Below are positions 50,237-59,537 of a DNA stretch of 64,000 nucleotides, piece after piece. The notes beneath the pieces were generated by a model. That model searched no databases. It saw only the letters and a program-made list of their open reading frames with translations, and was not told the origin of the DNA. This DNA comes from a virus (taxonomy: Duplodnaviria > Caudoviricetes). A program made the position numbers and the translations under genes. Positions within the stretch are counted from its first letter, which is position 1. Every line of letters begins with the position of its first letter. The stretch is taken from the IMG/VR virus record IMGVR_UViG_3300020037_004820; one strand, written 5' to 3'.

Positions 50237-51477
50237 TGTATTTCAAATTTAAGGATAATGATATATATAGACAAACTATTATTGCATATCCTGCGTTTAA
50301 ATTTACATATGTTAAATCCAATGAAGACAGTCAATTTAAGATTTATCTAAATGATGTTCAATCTGGATCAGGAAAAGCTCTTGCTCTAGATGCTCAAATG
50401 AAGACAGAAATAAACGTTAATACAACAGGATCTGAACTCATTTATCCTTTTATTGACAAAACATCTGGACAGTATTGGACATCAAATGTAAATTCTTCTT
50501 CTTTTAATCTTATACCTTTTGGAGCTAGTATAACTGGTACCTATATGGTTAAGCCAACATTATATTTAGATTTCATTTCTTCTACGACTAATTCTATATA
50601 TAAATCATTAGTCAATATATGGGAATCTCAAAAAACATTAAGTAGCGAATTTGAATATGAGAATTTTCCATCAGGAGCGGCTATTCATATATTTCCCAGA
50701 GAATACTATGGAACAGGCTTCAGAAAAGGTAGTGTTAAAGCAACCGTTGTTTCTTTGTATACAGATACAGGAAAAGGAGATTATTTTCCTGATTATTTAA
50801 ATACATTTATTGCTCAAGATATTTATAAAGACGGCATCTTAAGAGTTGTGGAAGATAGTTTTCCTGACAAAACAGTTTCTGATTGTAATATAGGAAGAAT
50901 TGTTGGATATGTATTATATGACTATGGACTTATTTTATTTAAATCTGCTTCTATGATTTATTATACACCATATTCTGATTCAACTGCCTCTTTAAAAACA
51001 AAAGGATTTTCTGGAAATTTTGAATGGTCGTCTGGTTCTTATGGAACTTCTGAAGAAAGAGAATATTATAATTGGAGATGGTTTGGAGATTCGCGTTTTT
51101 GTGACGAAGCAATTAATAGAACAGTCGCATCAATAGAATTTCAAGGGATAAATAAAATTCAAAACTTAACTTTGATGTGCCATTCTCCCAAAGGAAAATT
51201 GAACAACTCTACAAATCCTACATTTGTAGAATTTTCACAAAGCACTAGACTTACTCAATCTTCTGATTATTCTATGGTAGAAAATTCTAGAATTAGGATT
51301 AAAAATATAGTCTCATCTTCTTACAATGTAGAAGAAAATTTTGATAAAAGAACTATACTTTCCACTATTTTAGTTATGGATGAAAATAAAAAAGTATTAG
51401 GAATTGCTAAGGTTGCTAATCCTATAGTAAAGAAAGAAAGTTCTGATAATACTTTTAAAATTTCTTTGGATTTATAA
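50236..51477 (+). CDS. Structural protein, paralog of ORF 48751
   Basis: Shared GFRKGSV/GIKRGSF, VGYVLYDYGLI/VGLIFYGPGLV and NNSTNPTF/NYSSNPTY, plus a terminal GIAKVANPIVK...KISLDL. Confidence 0.65.
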   Translation: MYFKFKDNDIYRQTIIAYPAFKFTYVKSNEDSQFKIYLNDVQSGSGKALALDAQMKTEINVNTTGSELIYPFIDKTSGQYWTSNVNSSSFNLIPFGASITGTYMVKPTLYLDFISSTTNSIYKSLVNIWESQKTLSSEFEYENFPSGAAIHIFPREYYGTGFRKGSVKATVVSLYTDTGKGDYFPDYLNTFIAQDIYKDGILRVVEDSFPDKTVSDCNIGRIVGYVLYDYGLILFKSASMIYYTPYSDSTASLKTKGFSGNFEWSSGSYGTSEEREYYNWRWFGDSRFCDEAINRTVASIEFQGINKIQNLTLMCHSPKGKLNNSTNPTFVEFSQSTRLTQSSDYSMVENSRIRIKNIVSSSYNVEENFDKRTILSTILVMDENKKVLGIAKVANPIVKKESSDNTFKISLDL

Positions 51478-52953
51478 ATGAATATAGATAAACAAATCTT
51501 AAACGAAGTAATTTCTGTTGTAATAAAAGAACAAGATATGTCTTTAATGAATAACTCTGTTCGAACAGAATATTTAAAAAAGTTACTTTTATATGTAGAA
51601 TATATCTCTAGATATTATAAAGTAATTAATGATCATATTAATAATGCTGCTTCAACACAATTATCTACAATAGAAATTTATGAACAAACTATTAACTTTC
51701 TTAAAACTATAATTTCTGATCCAGATTTTATACAGATACAAAATGCCTTAAAATCTCTAACAACAAATTCAGATCAAGAGTTTGGGAAACTTTTACCTAC
51801 TCTATCAAATTCTTTACAAAATTTAGTTACTTTTTTGAATTCATACAATAATACATTACCAGAAGAAGAACAGATACATGCTTTTACATCTTTTATAAAA
51901 GATTTTAGAATGTATTCAAATAGTATATCCAAGATATTAAATAATATACGAACTAAATTTTCGGATATTTCAACAAAAAATGTTTCAAATAAACCTTTGC
52001 CTGAATTATCGACAGTAAGTTATGTAAATGATTTAGAAAATATATCATTGGTTTATCTTTCTGAGATAGAAGCTCTTTTTAAAAAATTTGATAATATTCG
52101 AATTGAATCAGGAGAATATGCTAAGAAATGGGAAGATTTTAATATTCTTCGAGGACACAATATGTATGCCCAAGGAATTGGCGTTGTAAACGATCCTAAT
52201 CCTGAAATCTCTGATAAAATTAAGAGATTTATGGCAAATTATACTAAAAAACATTTATCTCCAAATATGGATGTTATGCAAAGTGCTCCCTATTCTTTTA
52301 ATATAGGACAATTTATTCAAATTCTACAGACAGGAAAATATAAGGCAAATCCAAAGGAAAAATATCCAACTAGAGAAATACAAAAAGCTCAATCTATTCA
52401 ACAATCTTTATCTAAAATCTTTGGATGGGATACTGTTACGAAAAATGTAACAAAGAATAGTATAGAAGGAACTTTACAAGAAAAATTTAAAGAAATTCAT
52501 GCAAAATTATGGGATGCAAATTCCGGCAAGTATCTATATGATTCAGAACTTAGACAAATTTTTCAAATATTGTTTAATGTGAGACGTTTGTATAAGAAAA
52601 CTTTGAACAATATAATAACTAAAATGCATCAAATGAAGGATAAAAGTTTACCAGAAGTTTTTTCAAAAATAGGTCCTATTATAGATGCTATAGTGAAATA
52701 TGTTCAATTTGGTAAATTAAATATTCGAAATGTGTTATTGAATTTAATAACGAATTCTGGCGTTAACATTGATGTTGCAAGATATCAAACAATGTTTAGT
52801 AAGCAGAATGACGAGACAGTTGCCAAACGTTTAGCATATTGGTCATTATTCCAACGATTAGGTTGGACTAAAGGACTTAAAAACGAAGAACCTCCAGAAT
52901 GGATGTATGGAAATGCAATCAAGTCTGAGCCTACAGTAGCAGCGTCCCCTTAA
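51478..52953 (+). CDS. Hypothetical helical protein
   Basis: 491-aa ORF with no recognisable motif. Confidence 0.6.
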   Translation: MNIDKQILNEVISVVIKEQDMSLMNNSVRTEYLKKLLLYVEYISRYYKVINDHINNAASTQLSTIEIYEQTINFLKTIISDPDFIQIQNALKSLTTNSDQEFGKLLPTLSNSLQNLVTFLNSYNNTLPEEEQIHAFTSFIKDFRMYSNSISKILNNIRTKFSDISTKNVSNKPLPELSTVSYVNDLENISLVYLSEIEALFKKFDNIRIESGEYAKKWEDFNILRGHNMYAQGIGVVNDPNPEISDKIKRFMANYTKKHLSPNMDVMQSAPYSFNIGQFIQILQTGKYKANPKEKYPTREIQKAQSIQQSLSKIFGWDTVTKNVTKNSIEGTLQEKFKEIHAKLWDANSGKYLYDSELRQIFQILFNVRRLYKKTLNNIITKMHQMKDKSLPEVFSKIGPIIDAIVKYVQFGKLNIRNVLLNLITNSGVNIDVARYQTMFSKQNDETVAKRLAYWSLFQRLGWTKGLKNEEPPEWMYGNAIKSEPTVAASP

Positions 52954-52961
52954 GGAATAAA

Positions 52962-53525
52962 ATGATATTAGCACTTGATTTAAGTTCATCTAAAACCGGA
53001 ATTTGTTGTATGACATATGACGGAAAATTATACTTTTTCTCATATTTAGATACTGCGCCTACTACTAAGGCAAAGAAAGTATTATTTGAGGATATTTATG
53101 ACAAAATAAAATATGTCACTGATTATTTTGAAAAATGGTATGATATGCATCCAGATTCTCCCAAAATAACTCAGATTCATATAGAAGGTCCACTTAGCAA
53201 ATTTGCTCCTGGTAAATCTTCAATGCATACATTAGAAACCTTATTCCAAATGAATTATTCCGTTAGTTTTGAATTATATAGAATATTTGGTATCAAACCT
53301 ACTCATTGGCATCCAACTACATTGAGAAGTGCTAATGGAATAAAGATACCTCGTGGCAGCGATACGAAAAAAATCATATTCGATTTTGTCAGTAATACAT
53401 ATCCTGAATTTGTAAAAGCATTACCTGATAAATTAGCCAAAAGTAATCCATGGATTGACGTAGCTGATTCTGTAGTTATAGCAAGAGGTGCTTGGCTACT
53501 TGGACAGCAAAATGATAAACATTGA
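52962..53525 (+). CDS. RuvC-like Holliday junction resolvase
   Basis: MILALDLSSSKTG, IHIEG and DVADSVVIA catalytic motifs. Confidence 0.85.
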   Translation: MILALDLSSSKTGICCMTYDGKLYFFSYLDTAPTTKAKKVLFEDIYDKIKYVTDYFEKWYDMHPDSPKITQIHIEGPLSKFAPGKSSMHTLETLFQMNYSVSFELYRIFGIKPTHWHPTTLRSANGIKIPRGSDTKKIIFDFVSNTYPEFVKALPDKLAKSNPWIDVADSVVIARGAWLLGQQNDKH

Positions 53526-54513
53526 AGAAAAAAAACAAATAATAATCGATATCTTAGGGGAATATGAGACAAGAGCAGGAGAAATCCTGTTTTTTTGTCC
53601 CAACTGTTCCCACAAAAACAAAAAACTTTCATTTAATTTCAAAAAGGATAAGTTCCAATGCTGGGTATGTGAATATTCTGGCAAATCTATTAAAAATTTC
53701 GTTAAAAAATTTGGAACTTACGAACAGCTTAAATCTTATACAGCATATGACGAATCTGTCACTCTTGATACAGTTTATCAAAATATATTTGGGCAAAAAG
53801 ATAAAATAAATCATATTGCAACCTGCGCTTTGCCAGAGGGATATGAATTCATTTACTATTCTAATAGTAAATTTGCGAAAGATGCTTTAAATTATCTAAT
53901 CAATGATAGAGGATTAACAGAGCAAGATATATATAAATGGCGTATAGGCATATGCAAGAATGGGGATTATTACAATCGTATAATAATCCCCTCATTTAAT
54001 TCTTCTGGAAATTGTAATTATTTTGTGGCAAGAGGGGTATATTCTGATACCAAATACACCTATTTGTACCCAAAAATAGAAAAAAGTCAAATAATTTTCA
54101 ATGAGCTAAATATAGATTGGAATAAACCTATATTTCTTACAGAAGGTTGTTTTGATGCTATAAAAATAGGTAAAAATGTGATACCATTGATTGGCAAGAC
54201 TATACCGATAGATGCAGAATTTTATTCTAAACTAATTGAGAAACTAATAATGTACCAGCCTGTTATCTATCTATGTTTTGATACAGATATAGTGGCGGGG
54301 CAACCTATAAATCGTTCTATAGAAATAGCTAAACTATTAATGTCCTACAGTTTATCAGAAATTTATATTTTAGATCCCGCAAAAGTTCGTAAAAAAGATT
54401 TTGGGGAATTGGATGATATAGAAAAGAAAATAGTAATGAATAATCCAGAACGGATTAATTCTAGATATGACCTTATAGAAAAGCAAATAAACATGTTAGA
54501 GGTGATGCTATGA
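53512..54513 (+). CDS. DNA primase (Zn finger plus TOPRIM)
   Basis: CPNCSH...FQCWVC, YL..RGL, RIIIP, YFVAR, LTEGCFDA, CFDTD and KKDFGE motifs. Confidence 0.9.
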   Translation: MINIEEKKQIIIDILGEYETRAGEILFFCPNCSHKNKKLSFNFKKDKFQCWVCEYSGKSIKNFVKKFGTYEQLKSYTAYDESVTLDTVYQNIFGQKDKINHIATCALPEGYEFIYYSNSKFAKDALNYLINDRGLTEQDIYKWRIGICKNGDYYNRIIIPSFNSSGNCNYFVARGVYSDTKYTYLYPKIEKSQIIFNELNIDWNKPIFLTEGCFDAIKIGKNVIPLIGKTIPIDAEFYSKLIEKLIMYQPVIYLCFDTDIVAGQPINRSIEIAKLLMSYSLSEIYILDPAKVRKKDFGELDDIEKKIVMNNPERINSRYDLIEKQINMLEVML

Positions 54514-54587
54514 TATCTATACGCTACAACGTTGATGTGTCAACTATATGTAAGTTAATAAAAAGAGAAAAAAAATGCCAAAAATAA
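54510..54587 (+). pseudogene. 25-codon mini-ORF, possible remnant of a deleted endonuclease gene (HTH tail)
   Basis: GAGGTG RBS and ATGA overlap. Translates to MISIRYNVDVSTICKLIKREKKCQK*, which resembles an HTH recognition helix. Confidence 0.45.
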
Positions 54588-57547
54588 TTATATTGAGTGA
54601 TCTACACATTAAAAATAACGTTCGACATGATGAATATTTAAAATATTTCGGATATATAAAAGAACAGCTTCTGCGATATGAACCTGATTATGTATTATTT
54701 TGTGGAGATCTGTTTCATAGTAAAACTACTCTATCTCCTGACTCGTTTACTTATGCATATAAATTTCTAAAAATGCTTAGTATTTGTCCAAATACACAAG
54801 TAGTTGTCTTGGCCGGCAACCATGACATGAATGAGAAAAATTTAGATAAATTAGATGCAATTACCCCACTTTTTGAACATTTAGATTCCGAACGTTATTT
54901 CTATTGCAAAACTGCTAATGACATATTTTATGAAGATGTTGCTTTTAGACCTTATCCTTTATCTGATAAATCGAATTGGAAATTTGATAGAAATGGAATT
55001 GCCGATTCTGAAATACTAATCGGTTTATATCATGGTCCACTTAATGGGGTAAAGACAGATTTGGGATTTGTCTTCTCAGAAGGAAGAGATGTTAAAGAAT
55101 TTGAAAGTTGTGATTACTTGTTTTGTGGGGATATTCATAGTCTCACAGATTATACAGAGACTGGAACAAAAATAAGTGTTGGAAATCCTATTCAACAAGA
55201 TTTTGGTGAAAATACTAGAAAAGGAATGTGGCTCTATGAAATAGAATCCAGAACAAAATTCCAAAGACAATTTATAGAAATACCAAATTATTTTCCATAT
55301 ATAACATTAAATGCAGGCGAAGATATACCTACTTTGACGGAAGCAGATAAAGTAAGGTTCAGAATTTTTTCAAACATTTCTTATGAAGAAACTCAGGAAT
55401 ATGTAAAACAAGTTAAAAACGCTTTTGGTCAAAAAATACAATCTTTAACTATATCTAGAACTCCTGTAGCTAATATAGAAAATTCTATATCGAAAATAAT
55501 GACTTACAACGAGTATATAAAGGATAAAGACAATAAAGAAAAACTACTAGAATTGTACAATCTTTATATAAAAGAAGTAGAAGATATTTCCAATGTAAAT
55601 AACTGGAAAATAAAACAAATTACATGGAATAACTTGTTGAGTTATGAAGAGAATAACTTTATTGATTTTGAACAATTAGAAGGAAAAGCAATTGGTATTT
55701 TTGGAAAAAATTATAGCGGTAAAACGTCTGTAATTGACATTATATGTTTTGCACTATATGGATCATGGACTAAACCTTTTGTTAAACTTATTAATTTGAT
55801 AAATGATCGTAAAAAATCCGCAGATGTATCATTGGTATTGCAAATCAATAATAAAGAATACACAATTTATAGGAATCTAGAAAGAGTAGGGAAAACTTGT
55901 AAATCTACTCTAACTTTTAAGAATGTGACAGATAATTTAGAGCTGAATGAAGTAGATATAGGTTCTACGCAGAAATCTATAGAATCTTACATAGGTTCTA
56001 AGTCTCAATTTTTATTGACATCATTGTCAACACAATTTAATAACTTTTCTTTATTAGATGAAAAAAATACAAAGAGAAAAGAATATTTTTCTTCCTTTTT
56101 AGGTATAACGAAATACGAGCAAATTTATAAATTGGTTAAAGAGGATATAAAGACATTAAAAGATGAAATATCTGTATATAGTAAATTCTCTAATATAGAA
56201 GAGATTAATAAAAAAATAACTTTAGTAGATATTGATATTGAAAATGCTATCACAGAATTAAAAAGATTAGATAACATTATACAAAAACTATCTAGTATAG
56301 ATAAGACATATTATAAGACTATTGTAAAAAATAAAGAGCTTAGAAATAATACTCGATTTATGGAGCAACAACTCTCTCTTAAATTAGAAAGAAATAATAG
56401 AAAGATAGATGCTCTGTCAAAAGAAATTGTACAAGATATATATTGTCCTCAAGTTATTATTCCTGAGGAGGCTATGGAAGATATACATAGTTTATTAAAC
56501 ACTGTGAATTCCTTATCTGCTGGAATAATGAAGAAGAATTTTGAATTAGAAAAATGTCAAGAAGCAAAAAAATTATTGAATAGTGTCCCGTGTGGTACTC
56601 AATTTTTACAATGTAGATTTATCACCAATTCTAAAGCATTTATAGAAGTAGATGATGCAGCATTATTAGGAAGTATAAAAGCTCTTCAAACGGAATTGAC
56701 TGAAACTAAAGAAAAGATAAAAGCCGTCGAATATCAGAATGATCTCATTAAGAAAAATATAGCCAAAAATAAAGAATTTGAAAAAATAGTTCAAAAAAAT
56801 GAGTTAATTAAAAAACAAATAAACGATTTAGCTAAAGAACGAGAAGAAGATGTTCACGAATATAATGAATTATATAATACACTAAAACGTTTGGATGTGA
56901 TAGTGGATCAAGATTCTTTTAAAGAAAAAGAAATTGAAATAGCAATTAAAGAAGAATTAGAAATACATAAGTTACGTGTTGCTTTTGAAGGAAGTTTGAA
57001 AGTTTCGGAAATACAAAAAAAAGAACTTCAAAATACGTTAGACGTTATTTCTTCAAAACAACTTTCCTTAAGCTATTTGGAAGAATTTTCTGACACTGTT
57101 GGGAAAAATGGAATTATAGTTTCAATTCTAAATCAATATATACCTGCTATTGCAGATTTTGTTAATAATATATTAATCAATTTCGTAGACTTCAAAATAT
57201 CTATAGATATAGAAAACGATAAAGATATAGAAATTTATATAGAAGATTCGTTCTCATCAAGATTGGTAGAAACCTGTTCAGGCTCTCAAATGACGATCAT
57301 TGCGTATGCTCTACGTATGGCACTACTGTATTACTGCCAAATACCTTCCTGTAATTTGGTAATAATGGACGAACCTGCGACGGCCTTAGACTCAGATCAC
57401 TTAGCGGATTTCTCTAAATTGCTAGACATGCTTAAGTTGAATAATAAAACCATTATGATGGTTACACATATTATGATGCTTAAAGATTTTATGGAGGTAT
57501 CTTTACTCGTTGACAAGACTTCTGGATATTCTAAAATAATTTGCTAA
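54575..57547 (+). CDS. Fused SbcD/Mre11 nuclease - SbcC/Rad50 ATPase (T4 gp47-gp46-like)
   Basis: SDLH, GDLFH, GNHD, HG and GDIH metallophosphoesterase motifs, then Walker A GKNYSGKT, coiled coil, signature CSGSQ, Walker B IMDEP..ALD and VTH, all in one ORF. Confidence 0.92.
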   Translation: MPKIIILSDLHIKNNVRHDEYLKYFGYIKEQLLRYEPDYVLFCGDLFHSKTTLSPDSFTYAYKFLKMLSICPNTQVVVLAGNHDMNEKNLDKLDAITPLFEHLDSERYFYCKTANDIFYEDVAFRPYPLSDKSNWKFDRNGIADSEILIGLYHGPLNGVKTDLGFVFSEGRDVKEFESCDYLFCGDIHSLTDYTETGTKISVGNPIQQDFGENTRKGMWLYEIESRTKFQRQFIEIPNYFPYITLNAGEDIPTLTEADKVRFRIFSNISYEETQEYVKQVKNAFGQKIQSLTISRTPVANIENSISKIMTYNEYIKDKDNKEKLLELYNLYIKEVEDISNVNNWKIKQITWNNLLSYEENNFIDFEQLEGKAIGIFGKNYSGKTSVIDIICFALYGSWTKPFVKLINLINDRKKSADVSLVLQINNKEYTIYRNLERVGKTCKSTLTFKNVTDNLELNEVDIGSTQKSIESYIGSKSQFLLTSLSTQFNNFSLLDEKNTKRKEYFSSFLGITKYEQIYKLVKEDIKTLKDEISVYSKFSNIEEINKKITLVDIDIENAITELKRLDNIIQKLSSIDKTYYKTIVKNKELRNNTRFMEQQLSLKLERNNRKIDALSKEIVQDIYCPQVIIPEEAMEDIHSLLNTVNSLSAGIMKKNFELEKCQEAKKLLNSVPCGTQFLQCRFITNSKAFIEVDDAALLGSIKALQTELTETKEKIKAVEYQNDLIKKNIAKNKEFEKIVQKNELIKKQINDLAKEREEDVHEYNELYNTLKRLDVIVDQDSFKEKEIEIAIKEELEIHKLRVAFEGSLKVSEIQKKELQNTLDVISSKQLSLSYLEEFSDTVGKNGIIVSILNQYIPAIADFVNNILINFVDFKISIDIENDKDIEIYIEDSFSSRLVETCSGSQMTIIAYALRMALLYYCQIPSCNLVIMDEPATALDSDHLADFSKLLDMLKLNNKTIMMVTHIMMLKDFMEVSLLVDKTSGYSKIIC

Positions 57548-57551
57548 TTAT
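57544..57551 (+). promoter_or_regulatory. Putative late promoter for the lysis/packaging genes
   Basis: CTAATTAT at the replication-to-late gene boundary, upstream of the GAGGA RBS and the ATG at 57571. Confidence 0.5.
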
Positions 57552-57570
57552 GTAAGATTAAGAGGAAAAC

Positions 57571-57939
57571 ATGACAATGAAAGAAAGAATTAAAGGATTT
57601 TTGGACAAATATCTTAACAAGTTTATTTCTAGAAAACTTTTTGTTTTTATCGTAGGAACAGTTCTTTTATGTACTGGATTGATTAATGCAGAAATTTGGT
57701 TAACTCTTTCATCTTTTTATATAACCGCAGAAGGTGTAAAAGATTGGACAGTTGCGAATAATACATCTAAGTCTACAACAACAGTTACTACAAATACAGA
57801 TAAAGCAAATTCATCTATATCGGTAACAAAAGGCGGAACAACGGGTACACCTCCAACAGAACCATTAGATGTAAAAGTAATAAATACAGAACCTATTTCT
57901 GTAGAAACGGAGGATGGAACTTATGGTAGACAAGGTTAA
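57571..57939 (+). CDS. Putative holin
   Basis: KFISRKLF followed by two short hydrophobic segments and a hydrophilic T-rich tail. Confidence 0.5.
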   Translation: MTMKERIKGFLDKYLNKFISRKLFVFIVGTVLLCTGLINAEIWLTLSSFYITAEGVKDWTVANNTSKSTTTVTTNTDKANSSISVTKGGTTGTPPTEPLDVKVINTEPISVETEDGTYGRQG

Positions 57940-58282
57940 AAGATTTTTTAAGAAATATGGAATAATTGCATATACTATTGTTACTCTAGCCATTGCTGTT
58001 GTAGTTTTATTGGTAGTTTGCGTAGTATCCGCTGGACGTTTTGATTTGAAAAAAATTACAGATAAGTTAGATGTAGTTATAGACTCTTCTAGAGATAAAC
58101 TTACAGATATTAAAATAGATGAAGTATCTGTTAAAATAGAGAAAAAAGTTGCTTTAGAACAAGCAACTAAAGAAAAAGAAGTTCTTATTAAAAAATATAC
58201 GATAGTAAAAGCTATTACCGATAAAAAGAAAAGAGTTGACGCACTTATAGCTTTAAATAAATCTATTGAGGTAAAATTATGA
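57914..58282 (+). CDS. Inner-membrane-anchored coiled-coil protein (i-spanin-like)
   Basis: Basic N-terminus, one TM segment, then a K/E-rich helical domain. Confidence 0.45.
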   Translation: MELMVDKVKRFFKKYGIIAYTIVTLAIAVVVLLVVCVVSAGRFDLKKITDKLDVVIDSSRDKLTDIKIDEVSVKIEKKVALEQATKEKEVLIKKYTIVKAITDKKKRVDALIALNKSIEVKL

Positions 58283-58725
58283 AAAAAAGTTTTCTTATAT
58301 TTTTAACTTTATTGCTTAGTTTATTTCCAATTAAAAATGTATCATATGCTCAAGAAGAAACAGGTCCTCCTATACAACTTGTAGAGAAATTTGAACCTCA
58401 TTATTTGGAAGTGCTGCAAGATGGAATATTACAATCTGGAGTGTTCATAACAGAACAAGATTATTCCTTTTATACTAATCTAAAAATAGAATTTAATTTT
58501 GTACAAAAACAGCTTCAAATTTATGAAACATATAGTGAAGGTTTAGATAAAATTATACAAGATCATAAAGCATTATCTGAGAATATACTAAAAGATGTTC
58601 AAGAAGTTAGAGAAATGGTAATAGATGCTCAAGATTCTTGGTGGAATAATAATAAATTCTATATAGGAGTAGCTGCGGGCGCTATAATTACAGGACTAAT
58701 TATAGCAGGCGCAAATGCATTATGA
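58279..58725 (+). CDS. Secreted coiled-coil protein with a C-terminal hydrophobic anchor (spanin-like)
   Basis: MKKSFLIFLTLLLSLF...SYA|QEE signal peptide and C-terminal WW...FYIGVAAGAIITGLIIAG. Confidence 0.45.
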   Translation: MKKSFLIFLTLLLSLFPIKNVSYAQEETGPPIQLVEKFEPHYLEVLQDGILQSGVFITEQDYSFYTNLKIEFNFVQKQLQIYETYSEGLDKIIQDHKALSENILKDVQEVREMVIDAQDSWWNNNKFYIGVAAGAIITGLIIAGANAL

Positions 58726-59012
58726 ATTTACAAGAAGTAGAGAAATATTACGAGAAAAAATTTTCCGAAAAAATAACTGTTATAACTGCTAAGCAAAAAG
58801 AATCTAAATATATAGAAATATTGGAAAATAAAATAGAGAATGAATCTATAGAAAAAGAAGGTTTTACACTTACTATACCTATAAGAAAAAGATCATTATT
58901 TGAAAATAAATGTAAACATTGTGGAAATGGATGCGTAAAAGATAACGATAGATTTTATTATTCGAAATATAAGACATGTCATCATTGTGCTATATTACAT
59001 GAGGAGAGATAA
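58722..59012 (+). CDS. Small Cys-rich Zn-finger protein
   Basis: CKHC...C...CHHC motif. Confidence 0.55.
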   Translation: MNLQEVEKYYEKKFSEKITVITAKQKESKYIEILENKIENESIEKEGFTLTIPIRKRSLFENKCKHCGNGCVKDNDRFYYSKYKTCHHCAILHEER

Positions 59013-59013
59013 A

Positions 59014-59535
59014 ATGCCTGAAAAAAAACTAACTGCACCGGAAATTATGTCTGCGATAGCCACCGCAGTTTATCAAACAGCAGATTCCACAGATTCTAAA
59101 AAAGTTAACACTTACGATGATGATCATGAAATGCCTTATTGGGTTAGTTATGAAGATCCTGTAAGTGCAGTTAAATGCAAATTTAGAGATAACAAATTGC
59201 TTATCATGTTCACTGTTGAACTTATAAATGCTCTAAAATTGACAAATCATTACTCCAATAAAGTAGACGCTAAATTAGAAGATATAGTTTCTCAAATAAA
59301 AACTAAATATAAAGAAATAACTGGTAAAACTTTAGGTTTAACTAAATTTGGAGATACTTTTGAACAATCCACTGTTATTTCAAATAGACAACAAACTAAA
59401 ACATATTTTTGTGTATATGAGATAGCGGGTATAGAATCTGTGGAGAAACAGAATGCTAAGGAAGTGAAAGAACTATTACAAAATGCTTTAGATAAAGCAG
59501 AAAAGGTAACAGGGCTTAGCGTTCGATCTAAATAA
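59014..59535 (+). CDS. Hypothetical protein
   Basis: GAGGAG RBS before the ATG at 59014. Confidence 0.6.
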   Translation: MPEKKLTAPEIMSAIATAVYQTADSTDSKKVNTYDDDHEMPYWVSYEDPVSAVKCKFRDNKLLIMFTVELINALKLTNHYSNKVDAKLEDIVSQIKTKYKEITGKTLGLTKFGDTFEQSTVISNRQQTKTYFCVYEIAGIESVEKQNAKEVKELLQNALDKAEKVTGLSVRSK

Positions 59536-59537
59536 TA

